Positions 28,382 to 39,084 are shown, numbered from the stretch's first letter. The stretch: 64,000 nucleotides of DNA from Candidatus Hadarchaeota archaeon (GCA_964384105.1 CAYLJV010000001.1:544001-608000), one strand, 5' to 3'. Translations and numbers: made by a program. Notes: a model not told the origin generated them from the letters alone.

Positions 28382-29710
28382 TTAGTCTAATTTTTTCCCT
28401 ATCTTTAGAGCAATTTCAGAAACTTCAGTTGCTTTTTTTCCCAATATTCTTATCATAGCTTCTTTTCCGATGCTTCCTCTGTCGTAGATTATATTCGGAA
28501 CTTTCCCGAGCTTCTCTATAGCTCTTTCAGTTCCCCAACTCATCGTTTTAACATTTTCAGGTTCATTTTCACGATCGAAACTAGATAATTCATATTCTAG
28601 ATTTTTGCAGATTTCTAAAATTTTCTCGGAGAATTTTATATTCATAGCAGATCTAATCTCGGGGTTTTTTCCCATAACTGTCAGTACTATATTAGTCACG
28701 TGCTCGGACCCGCCAAAGTCGGGTACACCGGTCATGTGGGGGGTCCCTCTGACTTTCACTATTCTTCCGGTGAGGCCTACCACCTCTTTAGGAGTTCTTG
28801 CGTCCTTTTTTGCCATCGCAATATTTGACCCTACTTCGGGAATTAGCCTGGCAAACTCAGGAGATCTTTCCAATTTTTTCGCGGCCTTCTGGACCTCTTG
28901 GATTTCTTCTCCGTTTCCTGTAACTTTCCACATTCTGGCCATCGGGTTGATCGTTTCTACCCCTTTTCCTATCTTTAATCTTCCCCGAACTGCATCTACC
29001 ATAAAGTCACTTGCTTTTTCTATGGAGTGTGGGATGCTATTTCCTTTTGTTAATTCGGCGGTTATAGCTGCTGAAAAAGTGCAACCGGTTCCATGAATCT
29101 CCGGAGCGTCTATTCTTGGCCGCTCAAATTGTTTGAATGAGTTTTTATAATGTAATAAATTGACAATTTTTTCTGTGCTTAGATGACCACCTTTTATTAA
29201 GGCTCCATCGACTCCTATTTCGGATATTTTCTCTGCTGCTGTTTTCATTGTTTCGATGTTATCTATCCGAGTGTCTGAGAGTTTTTCCGCTTCAGGAATG
29301 TTAGGTGTGACTAAAGTAGCTTCTCCTATTAGTTCTTTCAATTTTTTAATAGCCCCTTTTCTTATGAGAGAAGAGCCGGTGGCAGCTATCATTATTGGAT
29401 CGACGACAAGATTTATTTTATATTCTTTGGCCTTTTCGAGTATAGCTTCTATGATTTTCGAGTTACTAACCATTCCGGTTTTGGCCCATTCAACTTCGAA
29501 GTCCTGGGCAACTGAGTCGATTTGTTTTTTTACAAAATCTTCGGGTGTATCCAAAATGCCGTCTACTCCAAGTGTATTTTGAGCTGTTAACGAGGTTATT
29601 ACACTGGTCCCGTGAACCTCTAAAGCAGAAAAAGTCTTTAGATCCGCCTGAACACCGGCCCCGCCACCAGAGTCCGATCCTGCGATAGTAAGAGTTATTT
29701 TTGGTTTCAA
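28382..29710 (-). CDS. thiDN: HMP/HMP-P kinase fused to thiamine-phosphate synthase ThiN
   Basis: IAGSDSGGGAGVQADLK, HGTGC; C-terminal LIPEVGSN, GGSEH, GKEAMIR. Confidence 0.93.
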   Translation of the reverse strand: MKPKITLTIAGSDSGGGAGVQADLKTFSALEVHGTSVITSLTAQNTLGVDGILDTPEDFVKKQIDSVAQDFEVEWAKTGMVSNSKIIEAILEKAKEYKINLVVDPIMIAATGSSLIRKGAIKKLKELIGEATLVTPNIPEAEKLSDTRIDNIETMKTAAEKISEIGVDGALIKGGHLSTEKIVNLLHYKNSFKQFERPRIDAPEIHGTGCTFSAAITAELTKGNSIPHSIEKASDFMVDAVRGRLKIGKGVETINPMARMWKVTGNGEEIQEVQKAAKKLERSPEFARLIPEVGSNIAMAKKDARTPKEVVGLTGRIVKVRGTPHMTGVPDFGGSEHVTNIVLTVMGKNPEIRSAMNIKFSEKILEICKNLEYELSSFDRENEPENVKTMSWGTERAIEKLGKVPNIIYDRGSIGKEAMIRILGKKATEVSEIALKIGKKLD

Positions 29711-31002
29711 TTTTTGACCTCCAAAATTTCACCTTTCAGGTATGTGGGTCTCGCCTCTGTAATCTCGACACTAACGAATTTTCCGGGTTCTGCATTTTTG
29801 ACTATCACTGGTTTGTAGTTCTGGATTCTGGCTGTATAGCCTCCTTTCTTCCCTTTTTCTATAACTAGTCCTTTGTCTACTTCTCCGACGTATTTTTGGT
29901 TAATTTCATATCCAATTTCTTTAGTTATTTTGGACATTATTTTTGATCTCCTTTTTTTCTCTTCACTCTCTATTTGTTTCATCCTTTTTGCTTTAGTTCT
30001 CGGCATAGGGGTAAATCTAGTAAGGTTGACCTTGTCGGGTTTTATTTCTCTAATAAGATCGCAACTTTTTTGGAATTCTTCTTTCGTTTCAGTTGGAAAT
30101 CCAACGATTATGTCTGTGGCTAAGTAAAGATTTGGAAATTTTTCTCGAAATTTTTCAACAATATCTTTAAAGTGTTCTACTTTGTACCCTCTTTTCATGT
30201 CGTCGAGTACTTTATCACTGCCGCTCTGAATTGGTAAATGTAAGAATTTATAGATTTTTTTGTCAGAAAAGGCTTCTATTAGTTCATTTGTTATCTTTGT
30301 TGCATGTTTTGGGTTCATCATTCCCACTCGAATCCTGAAGTTCTCCTGAATCAAGGTTATCTTTTTTAGAAGTTGAGCGAGGTTCGATTCGATGTCTAGG
30401 CCATAGGCTGCGGTGTCTTGGGTAGTTACATAGATTTGTTTCCTTCCTTCTCTAAGCTCTTCTTCTATTGAGCTTACTATCTCCTTCGGTTTGAAACTGG
30501 TTAATTCTCCTCTTGCAAATTTCACACAACAATAGCTACAGTTTGATGTACATCCTTCTGCTATAGGTATAGGAACACTTATTCGATCACTTCTGAATCG
30601 AGGTCGAGGATATCTCTCAGAGAATCCCTCGATTTTTTTTATATCATCTTCGCCGTTTGAGATTTTTTCTACTACTTCTTCTATTGAGTCGATAGTTTTA
30701 CAGGATATTATCCCAGAAAATGTCCCGATACTTTCTATTTTGTTCAAGTCTATCAAGGGAAGACAACCTGCGACAATAATTTTTTTGTCAGTTTTTTGGT
30801 GTAATTCCTTCAGGCGATAAATTACCTTGTTTAGTGTAGTTCTTTTTACCGCACATGTGTTGACTATAACAATATCGGATTTATCTATACTTTCTACTAT
30901 CTGATGTCCTGCTTCCCTTAATTTACCTAGGACTATTTCGGTGTCTCCTTTGTTCATGGTGCATCCATATGTTTCGCTGTATATCTGCATTTTTTCTACC
31001 AA
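29707..31002 (-). CDS. mtaB: tRNA t6A37 methylthiotransferase (archaeal MtaB/CDKAL1-like radical SAM)
   Basis: ETYGCTMN, NTCAVK, CTSNCSYC, RVGMMNP, TRAM domain. Confidence 0.9.
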   Translation of the reverse strand: MVEKMQIYSETYGCTMNKGDTEIVLGKLREAGHQIVESIDKSDIVIVNTCAVKRTTLNKVIYRLKELHQKTDKKIIVAGCLPLIDLNKIESIGTFSGIISCKTIDSIEEVVEKISNGEDDIKKIEGFSERYPRPRFRSDRISVPIPIAEGCTSNCSYCCVKFARGELTSFKPKEIVSSIEEELREGRKQIYVTTQDTAAYGLDIESNLAQLLKKITLIQENFRIRVGMMNPKHATKITNELIEAFSDKKIYKFLHLPIQSGSDKVLDDMKRGYKVEHFKDIVEKFREKFPNLYLATDIIVGFPTETKEEFQKSCDLIREIKPDKVNLTRFTPMPRTKAKRMKQIESEEKKRRSKIMSKITKEIGYEINQKYVGEVDKGLVIEKGKKGGYTARIQNYKPVIVKNAEPGKFVSVEITEARPTYLKGEILEVKN

Positions 31003-31077
31003 CTATGTTTGTTTTCAAGCAAAAGATACTATCCGATTTTTGAGATTATGAGGAGTGAGTTGGATATTCGATTTTGG

Positions 31078-32388
31078 TTATTCCCAGTCCAGGAGTCTTT
31101 TTTCTCCTTCGAGCTCTTTTATATCGCGTATGTCTTGAGTGATTTCCATAGTTCCCAAATACTCTTCTTTCTCGTTTCTAACAGGATAATACCTTATATG
31201 TACGAATTTTTCACCTAGTTGAATCCAAAATTCTGCTTTTTCTCTATCTCCCTTCTTAAACTCTTCTAGTATCTCTTTAACCACATCGACACTTTTTGGT
31301 GGGTGACAGAATTTTACTGGTCTCCCTAGAATAGAAGGTGCTCGGGGAAACGTTCTATCCCCTCCAGAAAAGAACCTTACTCTGTTTTCGGCATCGATGA
31401 ATGTGATATCGATAGGAAGTTTATTAATTATGGAATTTATTTCCTCCATATTTAGAAAACCAACATCCAATTCTTGATCGTTTTCTCTAATTACTTGGTA
31501 GGTATCGGGCTTTAGTTTTTGATCTCCGAGTATCTTTTTCAGTTCATCGGGTAGCTCTCGGAACTCCTCTTCGGAAAGCTTTTCTTCTATTTCATAAGGG
31601 TACTTTGGTTTTCCATCGTAACTCCATTTTTCATCTGGTTCAATTTTGTAGTATCCGATCTCCTTTTCCTGTTCCTTAACAGCTAACCATTCTTCTCCGG
31701 ATAACAGTTCTTTTAGAGTTGGATAGAGTATGTTATTTTCTCTGAAAACCATATCAACTAGGGAAGAGGAAAGATCCTTTGTTTTATTTATTATTTCCAC
31801 TGTTAGCTTTTCCCAGTTTTCGGATTTATTGGATAGTAAACCGAGGAGATCTTTCACTTTGTCCATATTTTCGTCGTGTTTTCTCCACAATACTCTTGGT
31901 ACAGCTTGTATCCCCTGTCTTTCAATATAAGGAAAGATTATCATTTCCTCTCGCGTGTAGTGGGTTCTATCGATTTGTAGAAGTTGGGCGACGAAAGATC
32001 TGAAACTTCCTAATTTCTCTTCCCGGTTTTCAGCTTTTTCATTACTTAAAGCGTTTGCTCGAATACCTAGTAGTTCAGCATCTTTTGTTATTTGTTCGTT
32101 TTCTTGATAGAGCGTGTGTAGAGGGTGTCCCTCGGGAATTCCCTTGAGATCGAATTTTTCTTCTACAGATTCTCTGAATAGTTCCAGATGGATATCGCAC
32201 ATTTCGGCGATTTCAGAGGGATTAATTCCTTCATTAACTAATTCTTGTTCAATGGCGGGTATCTCTTGGGGGGATAACTCTCTGAGTAGACCCTTGAACT
32301 CCTTTTTTAGGGATTCTACATCCTCCTCTTGGAGCCGTTTTAAAAGTTTTTTTAGCTTTTCCTTTTTCTTGTCTTTAGGTTCGGACAT
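31078..32388 (-). CDS. DUF438 / hemerythrin-like / PAS domain protein
   Basis: IEQELV...MCDIH, GHPLHTL.EN, HYTREEMIIFPY, ENNILYP, CHPPKS PAS motif. Confidence 0.88.
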   Translation of the reverse strand: MSEPKDKKKEKLKKLLKRLQEEDVESLKKEFKGLLRELSPQEIPAIEQELVNEGINPSEIAEMCDIHLELFRESVEEKFDLKGIPEGHPLHTLYQENEQITKDAELLGIRANALSNEKAENREEKLGSFRSFVAQLLQIDRTHYTREEMIIFPYIERQGIQAVPRVLWRKHDENMDKVKDLLGLLSNKSENWEKLTVEIINKTKDLSSSLVDMVFRENNILYPTLKELLSGEEWLAVKEQEKEIGYYKIEPDEKWSYDGKPKYPYEIEEKLSEEEFRELPDELKKILGDQKLKPDTYQVIRENDQELDVGFLNMEEINSIINKLPIDITFIDAENRVRFFSGGDRTFPRAPSILGRPVKFCHPPKSVDVVKEILEEFKKGDREKAEFWIQLGEKFVHIRYYPVRNEKEEYLGTMEITQDIRDIKELEGEKRLLDWE

Positions 32389-32485
32389 TTTTTGTACCTT
32401 AATAATATCGTCTTTATTTGGATTAAAAGCAACTGGTATATTTGCAGATTCATATTCCAGAGAAATGTTTACTTATTTATTGCTA

Positions 32486-32734
32486 TTACCCACCCATTAC
32501 AATGGGAAATATGCTTATGGTGTCGCCATCTTTTAAGGTATAGTCTTTCTTTTTGTCGGTCCCATTCACCATTATTAATTTGGCTTCTTCTTCAGGAATT
32601 CCACAATTTTCTAGCAAGGTCGTCACTTTCGAGCCATCTTTGACGTTTAAAGTAGTGTCGTGGCAGTCTTTGTATTTTCGTCGTAAGTTCCCAAATAACC
32701 TTATTTTTACTTTGTTACCATCTTCCTTGGTCAT
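32486..32734 (-). CDS. MoaD/ThiS/SAMP ubiquitin-like sulfur carrier
   Basis: Beta-grasp pattern ending LKDGDTISIFPIVMGG*. Confidence 0.9.
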   Translation of the reverse strand: MTKEDGNKVKIRLFGNLRRKYKDCHDTTLNVKDGSKVTTLLENCGIPEEEAKLIMVNGTDKKKDYTLKDGDTISIFPIVMGG

Positions 32735-32930
32735 ATGTATCTACCTCTGACTTGTGTTCTCTCAACGAAAAAGTTTACTTGAGGGGATATAAAAAGATAA
32801 CTCCGTTATCGATTAGTCGCTGGCACTTTTGTGTATGAGGCTGATCTTTCCATCTTTAAGAGAATAAACTTCATAGACCGAAAAAAGATAAAATTGGTTT
32901 ACTGTTTAATATGGGGAAAGAGGTGGAAAG

Positions 32931-33674
32931 TTGGAAAGCGGAGAAAAGCTCACAGATAGAGAAAAGGAACGATATGATAGGCAGATGATAATCGAAGGTT
33001 TTGGAGAAGAAGGCCAAAAGAAACTTAAATCTACAACAGCGTTTGTTGCTGGAGCTGGGGGGTTGGGTTCACCCGTTGCTATATATCTCGCTACTGCAGG
33101 GATTGGTAAAATCCGGATAGTTGATAATGATAATGTTGAGCTTAGTAATCTGAATAGACAAATTTTCTACGGAGAGAAAAATATTGGGAGTAGGAAGGCC
33201 GATGTGGCGGGGAGGAAGTTGGCTGAATACAATAGCGATATCGAAATAGATGCCGTGGATACAAGGATAACTAGTGATAACATCTTCGATCTCACTGATG
33301 GGTGTGACCTCATAGTGGATTGTATGGATAATTACGAGACGAGATATATCCTCAATAGAGTTGCTATAGAAAGGAAGGTTCCTCTTTTCCACGCAGCTAT
33401 ACAAGGTATGTACGGCCAAGCTACAACTATTATACCAGGCGAGACTCCGTGTTTAAAATGTATAGTTTCTAATCCACCTCCCTCGAAGAAATTTCCGGTT
33501 CTTGGCGCAACTCCGGGTTTATTTGCGACTATCCAGGTTCATGAGGTCATAAAGTATGTGGTTGGGGTAGGTGATTTGCTAAAGGGCAGGCTTTTGATCG
33601 TTGATGAAGGCACTGAATTCAACGAGGTTAAGATCGATAGGGATCCTGAGTGCGACGCTTGTGGAGGTATATGA
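32931..33674 (+). CDS. E1-like ThiF/MoeB/UbaA adenylyltransferase
   Basis: RYDRQ, GAGGLG, SNLNRQ, two CxxC zinc motifs. Confidence 0.93.
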   Translation: MESGEKLTDREKERYDRQMIIEGFGEEGQKKLKSTTAFVAGAGGLGSPVAIYLATAGIGKIRIVDNDNVELSNLNRQIFYGEKNIGSRKADVAGRKLAEYNSDIEIDAVDTRITSDNIFDLTDGCDLIVDCMDNYETRYILNRVAIERKVPLFHAAIQGMYGQATTIIPGETPCLKCIVSNPPPSKKFPVLGATPGLFATIQVHEVIKYVVGVGDLLKGRLLIVDEGTEFNEVKIDRDPECDACGGI

Positions 33675-33766
33675 GGTAGTTAAGAAACGTTTTTTGTACA
33701 AAAACTAACGATTTCGAGGTGCGTTATTTATTATGCTAATCCATTTATGGGAAATGGGGTACTACT

Positions 33767-34051
33767 ATGGAAGTCGAAGTTAGATTATTTGCCAATTTTA
33801 GAGAGTCAGTGGGGAAAAAGAGAGTAATGGTTTCTGTTGGTAGTGTGGAAGAGCTTTTTGATTATTTTAATAGCAATTACCCCGATCTGGCGAAAGAGAT
33901 ACTAAAAGATCAGAAGTCGAAGAGGGTGAAAGACTTTGTCAATATACTGGTTAATGGAAGAGATATCAGGGATTTGAAGGGTATAGAAACGAGATTAAAA
34001 GATGGCGATGCAGTTTCTATATTTCCGCCCGTTTCGGGTGGCTTGAACTAA
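33767..34051 (+). CDS. SAMP1/MoaD-like ubiquitin-like protein with a 2-residue extension after GG
   Basis: VRLFANFRE, NILVNGR, LKDGDAVSIFPPVSGG-LN*. Confidence 0.9.
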   Translation: MEVEVRLFANFRESVGKKRVMVSVGSVEELFDYFNSNYPDLAKEILKDQKSKRVKDFVNILVNGRDIRDLKGIETRLKDGDAVSIFPPVSGGLN

Positions 34052-34066
34052 CCTACGTCTCGATTT

Positions 34067-34948
34067 TTGAGAATAAAGAAACTTTTAAACCTTAGAAGAG
34101 AGTTGATAACCGAAAGCATGAAATCAAAAGGTAAAATCCAAATTTCAATTGCACAACTGGATAATTACGGTCCTTGGACTGTCACTCCCGGAACCAAACC
34201 GGAAGCTAGCCTTCAGGTACTGCAAACTAGGTTATTCTCAGATCTGGAGGAGGAATTCTACAAGAGGGATGGTTTGGCTTTCATGACTCGTTTTGATAAT
34301 ACCATAGCCGTTACGAATGGAATCTCTCTCCAGGAGCATGCTAAGATCCAGAAGAAAATTGGCGAAAACTACCCAGTTACAATCAGTTTTGGAATAGGAA
34401 CCGGGGAGAGTCCTTATAAAGCGCAAGAACTGGCCAGTCAGGCTCTTCAAAGAACCGGTAGTAGTCAATCGGCCGAGAGATTTGAAGAGTTGGCTGGTGA
34501 GCCACTCTCTTCTTTAGAGGAAAGCTCTGTTCAAATTGCCCATATAGATATTGATAACGCTACTGAGTTAACGGACAATAGACCGATATATGATACACAT
34601 TATCTGATACAAAAGGTATATATCTCACTTCATGATCAGTTCTCGAAAAAGGGTGCATTGGTGTTCTATACCGGTGGCGATAATTTTATGGCTCCGTGCA
34701 ATCATATGAACAAAGACGAGATTCTCGAGGCTATTCTAGAGGTTGAGGGTGGAAATGGTATAGATCTCAAGGCGGGGGTGGGTGAGGCTCCCAAGGCAGA
34801 AGATGCCGCCTTTTTAGCTAGTGAGGGTCTCCACGATATTAGAGGGGGAAAGGCGTCCGAGAAAGTTGTATTCAAGAGTATTGATGATGATTCAAAAGAA
34901 ATTTTCAAGACTGTCTCCTCTTCGGGGGGTCAGAAGAGCGTAAATTAG
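34067..34948 (+). CDS. gch3: GTP cyclohydrolase III
   Basis: QLDNYGPWT, RFDN, IAHIDID, GGDNFMA, LKAGVG; probable start at MKSKGK (~34118). Confidence 0.92.
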   Translation: MRIKKLLNLRRELITESMKSKGKIQISIAQLDNYGPWTVTPGTKPEASLQVLQTRLFSDLEEEFYKRDGLAFMTRFDNTIAVTNGISLQEHAKIQKKIGENYPVTISFGIGTGESPYKAQELASQALQRTGSSQSAERFEELAGEPLSSLEESSVQIAHIDIDNATELTDNRPIYDTHYLIQKVYISLHDQFSKKGALVFYTGGDNFMAPCNHMNKDEILEAILEVEGGNGIDLKAGVGEAPKAEDAAFLASEGLHDIRGGKASEKVVFKSIDDDSKEIFKTVSSSGGQKSVN

Positions 34949-34997
34949 TTAAGATTACTTGGCAAACTTTTACTAGTCTACGAGTGGATGAATACAT

Positions 34998-36791
34998 ATG
35001 AAAGAAACATACGTTCCGGATATAAGTACCATAGTAAATGGGCGAGTCACCCAGCTGATAGAAGACGGGGATCTAAAGGGGAGCAGAATACTAATACCAG
35101 TTATTATTTCGGTGGAGCTAGAAACCCGAGCAGAATTAGGGCGAGATTCCGGGTTCAGTGGGTTGGATGAACTCAAGAAACTTAGAAAATTTGAGAACGA
35201 GAAAGTCATCGAAGTTTCTTTTGTGGGGGAGAGACCCTCGGAGGTTATTCCGAGCGAGATTAGATCTGAGACTAGGAAAGTAACTAAGGATAATGAAGCT
35301 ACTCTGATAACTAGCGACGAAGTAATGGCCGAAGCGGCAGAAATTGAAGGTTTGAAGGTTAGGTATCTGAAGCCGTTACACGAAGATTTGACTCCGGAAC
35401 TTTTCAAGTTTTTTGAGCCGGAAGCCATGTCTGTTCACCTTAAGACGGGAGTTAGGCCTTTGGCCAAGGTGGGTCGTCCGGGAAATTTTAAGATCAAAGT
35501 ATTAGATGAGAACCCTCTTAGCGAGGCCAGGATGAGGGATATAACCAGAGAGATTACCGAGCTTGCTAGAAGGGACCCTGATGGGTATATAGAGATCGAG
35601 AAGAAGGGAGCTAGCATAATTCAGCTTAGAGAGTATAGGATAGCGGTTTCGAGACCTCCCTTTAGCGATGCGATGGAAGTGACTGCCGTTAGGCCCATTG
35701 TGGATGTCAGCTTGGATGATTACTCTCTCCCCGATAAGCTCAAGGAGCGGTTAAACGAGCAAGCTGAAGGGGTTTTGGTAGCCGGACCGCCGGGAGCGGG
35801 TAAGTCTACTTTTGCCCAAGCTTTGGCAGAATTTTATAGGGGGCAGGATAAAGTTGTCAAAACCATGGAATCTCCTCGGGACTTGCAGGTTAGCGAAGAA
35901 GTTACCCAGTATACTGCCTTGGAGGGAGACATGGGTCTTACTTCAGACTTCCTTTTGATGGTTCGCCCTGACTATACCATTTATGACGAATTGAGAAAGT
36001 CTGACGATTTCGAAATCTTTGTGGACATGCGCTTTGCCGGTGTGGGGATGGTGGGAGTGGTTCACTCTACTAAGGCGATAGATGCCATCCAGAGGTTGAT
36101 TGGCAGGGTAGAATTGGGTATGATTCCTATGGTAGTTGACACGGTCATTTTTGTCAAGGGTGGTAGAGTCGAAGACGTCTTCGCTCTGAAACCCACAGTT
36201 GGAGTTCCACATGGGATGGGGTCTCCCGATTTGGCCAGACCGATGGTCGAGGTTCAAGATTTCGAAACCGGGAAACCGAACTATCAGATTTATTCCTTCG
36301 GTGAACAGGTGGTCGTTATGCCGGTCAAGAAGAGGGAGTTGTCTCCGGAAGAAAAGGAGAAAGCTCAAACCGTTAAGGAAGTTGTGAAAAGTCGAACCGG
36401 GGCGAATGTAGATGTTGAAATGCTGTCCGGAAGAAGCGTAATAGTCAAGGCTGATCCTAAGGATGTACCGAGGATTATAGGCAAGAAGGGTAGAACGGTG
36501 GACGAGCTTCAAGATATTTTGGGAGTTAGAATTGATGTCCAGGAGAAAGAGTGGGAACCTCCTTCGGGATTTTTGGAGCCGGAAGTAGAGGATTTGGGTA
36601 ATCAGGTACTTGTTCGATTTGATGATAAATATTCTGGAGAGGATGTAAAGCTCTATGCGGGTGACAGCTTGCTTTTTAAGGGGTCGATAGGCAGTGGTGG
36701 GGAGATAAAGATAAGGAAAGATACCCAGATCGGCGAACAGGTCGAGAAAATCAGAAAACATGGGATCCCCATAAAAGCAGAGATAGTTTGA
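34998..36791 (+). CDS. PIN domain-P-loop ATPase-KH protein (PINA family)
   Basis: PIN YVPDIST; GPPGAGKST; TMESPRDLQ; RPDYTIYDE; KH IIGKKG. Confidence 0.92.
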   Translation: MKETYVPDISTIVNGRVTQLIEDGDLKGSRILIPVIISVELETRAELGRDSGFSGLDELKKLRKFENEKVIEVSFVGERPSEVIPSEIRSETRKVTKDNEATLITSDEVMAEAAEIEGLKVRYLKPLHEDLTPELFKFFEPEAMSVHLKTGVRPLAKVGRPGNFKIKVLDENPLSEARMRDITREITELARRDPDGYIEIEKKGASIIQLREYRIAVSRPPFSDAMEVTAVRPIVDVSLDDYSLPDKLKERLNEQAEGVLVAGPPGAGKSTFAQALAEFYRGQDKVVKTMESPRDLQVSEEVTQYTALEGDMGLTSDFLLMVRPDYTIYDELRKSDDFEIFVDMRFAGVGMVGVVHSTKAIDAIQRLIGRVELGMIPMVVDTVIFVKGGRVEDVFALKPTVGVPHGMGSPDLARPMVEVQDFETGKPNYQIYSFGEQVVVMPVKKRELSPEEKEKAQTVKEVVKSRTGANVDVEMLSGRSVIVKADPKDVPRIIGKKGRTVDELQDILGVRIDVQEKEWEPPSGFLEPEVEDLGNQVLVRFDDKYSGEDVKLYAGDSLLFKGSIGSGGEIKIRKDTQIGEQVEKIRKHGIPIKAEIV

Positions 36792-36854
36792 ATCAGATTT
36801 CGGGACCCTCCCTTTAATTTTTTAAGAAGGAGAAATAGGAGTAAGAATGGTATT

Positions 36855-37043
36855 ATGGAGATGGACAAGAAAGAGAGAAAAAAGTATTTTGAGGAACTAG
36901 GTATAGAACCCAAAAGAGTCGAGGAGCACGAAAATGAAAAGAAGGATGTTGATATCATAGAGGAGTCGGATGAAGAGAAAGCCAAGAAGGAAGAACGACG
37001 GGAAGAAGAACTCGAACAATATCGAGAAACCTCAGGATTCTAG
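36855..37043 (+). CDS. Small highly charged hypothetical protein
   Basis: 62-aa E/K-rich ORF with purine-rich upstream region. Confidence 0.55.
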   Translation: MEMDKKERKKYFEELGIEPKRVEEHENEKKDVDIIEESDEEKAKKEERREEELEQYRETSGF

Positions 37044-37188
37044 AAGGGTTAAGTATTTGGAAATAATTGTTCCTTGCTTTTTTTAGGTTAGCTGATGGTA
37101 AAAACGCAAGACAGTGTTTACTTTGGAACGGCCGACCTTCTTATCTATGAACAACTCATAAATTTGTTATTGTATATTCTCTACAGGA

Positions 37189-37276
37189 GGGCCCGTAGCT
37201 CAGCTGGATAGAGCGACAGCCTCCTAACTTTCCGGGGGTAAGCTGTAGGTCGCGGGTTCAAATCCCGCCGGGCCCG
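37189..37276 (+). tRNA. tRNA-Arg(CCT) with a 14-nt intron at position 37/38 (37227-37240); CCA not encoded
   Basis: Acceptor GGGCCCG/CGGGCCC, D-arm, anticodon stem ACAGC/GCTGT, anticodon CCT at 37223-37225, T-loop GGTTCAAATCC; intron G-run can pair with the anticodon (BHB-like). Confidence 0.95.
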
Positions 37277-37394
37277 CTTTATTAGACATTTTCTTGTTGT
37301 TGTTGAGACTCTTCGGAATCTTTCTAGTATTGTTGTAAAATGGATGGCTTAGTTGGTTTTCTTGTTTTCTGATGATTAAGAAGATTGTTCAATC

Positions 37395-37643
37395 TCACGG
37401 TTTCATGGTAGCTGCTATTGCCACCATTGCCGCAGCTACTGCCACGAAAAGCAGAGCTACTGCTTCCTGAACCTGGATTTCTTCTTGTTCGTCGGTTCGC
37501 CTTCTTCCACCAGCTACAGTGTTTATTTCGTTATATCCTTTATCATCGTTTACGGAAGTTGCGTATACGTTAACGGCTGATAGGGCGATTGAAGAGACTA
37601 TGAAAATAACAAATAGAACTGCAGCAATTTTATTTATTCTCAT
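37395..37643 (-). CDS. Small protein with signal peptide and C-terminal transmembrane helix
   Basis: Hydrophobic N-terminus ending VYA, Ala-rich C-terminal helix; SD GGGGTGA. Confidence 0.65.
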   Translation of the reverse strand: MRINKIAAVLFVIFIVSSIALSAVNVYATSVNDDKGYNEINTVAGGRRRTDEQEEIQVQEAVALLFVAVAAAMVAIAATMKP

Positions 37644-37748
37644 ACTTCACCCCCATAATTACAGTGGAACTGATAATGATTAAGTATTCTGCTTGAGAGC
37701 TTTTTTTGGTCTGTTGTGAATTATCTTAGGTTCTTTTTCCGTGAGAAT

Positions 37749-37955
37749 CTAAAAGAAATCGAAGTTTTCTTTCAGCCATTCTTCCCACAGTTTTTCGTGA
37801 TAAACGTACATGAGCAGTTTTATTACCATTAGAGTGCCGCCTATGGCTCCTGCTATTTCCCATTTACCGGTGAATAGATATGATACTAAGACGGTTGCAA
37901 TCGAGGCGTGAACTCTCCAGCTGATGCTTTTCAGGATTTTTTTCTTGAGGGTCAT
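37749..37955 (-). CDS. DUF2061 family membrane protein
   Basis: KSISWRVHAS...YLFTG...YVYHEKLW signature. Confidence 0.85.
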   Translation of the reverse strand: MTLKKKILKSISWRVHASIATVLVSYLFTGKWEIAGAIGGTLMVIKLLMYVYHEKLWEEWLKENFDFF

Positions 37956-38297
37956 TAATATCGGATCGATATGTCTGCTTCGATCTCAGAATTTTAATTA
38001 TTTATAATTACTTTTAATTATAATGGTAAAATTATTAGAAAAGAAACAGTTTCAGTTAGAGAATGTACGTCGCTAGATGCCCGTTTTGCGATTACAAGGT
38101 GAAATCTGTTTGAATTTATGTAGCTGGGTAAGTGATCGGACACATCATTCGAATCGAAGGTGAAAGACACGGAACAGAGGGGTGTGTTCCTGATAAAGGT
38201 TACAAATCTTGGTCGATAATACAGAAAAGGGTTGGCTCTCGTCAAAAAATGAACTTTATTTGCCGATTGGAAGAATATTTGCGGAATTAAAAATTCG

Positions 38298-39038
38298 TTA
38301 ACCTTGCATCATTTTCCAGCGGAATTTTGCCATTTTCTCTATCAGTTCTTTCCGTTCATTCGACTGGGCTATTATCCTCGTTTTATCACTCGCTAAGCTT
38401 ATGGTTCTCTCGCACCTCGGGCATTCCTTGGTTTTTTGGCCTCTACTAACTATCATTAACCCCCAACAGGGATATTGGGTTTTGCTTTTTCTTCGGTTGC
38501 ATCGAACCAGTGCATATGCGTGTCTCAGTTGTATGCCTTTATTTTCCTGGCTCGAATGGTTTTTCGATCTTCCTAACTTTTCGCTACCTTCAATTTTTTC
38601 TTTGAATACTCCCTGTGGATGGGAAGTAGTCTCCCTTTCATCCAAAATCGAGGCTAACCAACCGCTTGGTCCTTCCTTGTATCTTATTTTCTCCTCGAAG
38701 CGAGGTGGTTCTGGAGGATCGAGTTTTCGATTTTCTGCTTCTTTAAGCCCCTCGTCTTTTCTTCTCTCTTCCATTATTAGCTCATAGAAGCTGTTTTCGG
38801 CTGATCTAGCGGTTATCTTGTGCATATGGCCAAGAATAACAGAGAGTTCCGTTTTAAAGTCGGAGTTAGGAGAATTTTTCAAGTGTGTGATGTGGTTCTT
38901 TATTTTTTCAAAGCACTCATTTACAGAGAGGCTTTCGTTAAAAATCCAGTATAATAGCTCGTATCTGTCGTTTCTGGGGCCCTCTGATGTCCGGAAGTTT
39001 TCTAGAACCTCTTTAAATCCTTTTTCTTCCATCTTCAC
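38298..39038 (-). CDS. Hypothetical protein with C-terminal zinc ribbon
   Basis: LVRC...YPCWG...KECPRC near the C-terminus. Confidence 0.65.
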   Translation of the reverse strand: MKMEEKGFKEVLENFRTSEGPRNDRYELLYWIFNESLSVNECFEKIKNHITHLKNSPNSDFKTELSVILGHMHKITARSAENSFYELIMEERRKDEGLKEAENRKLDPPEPPRFEEKIRYKEGPSGWLASILDERETTSHPQGVFKEKIEGSEKLGRSKNHSSQENKGIQLRHAYALVRCNRRKSKTQYPCWGLMIVSRGQKTKECPRCERTISLASDKTRIIAQSNERKELIEKMAKFRWKMMQG

Positions 39039-39084
39039 GCTCTTACACCATTGAGCCTCTATCTATAGGCAGAGTAATAACTTT

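Noticed and set aside
35943-36761. 272-aa minus-strand ORF
   Set aside because: Antisense shadow of the PINA gene with atypical composition.
38018-38245. 75-aa ORF
   Set aside because: No motif, SD or genome-like composition; probably degraded sequence.
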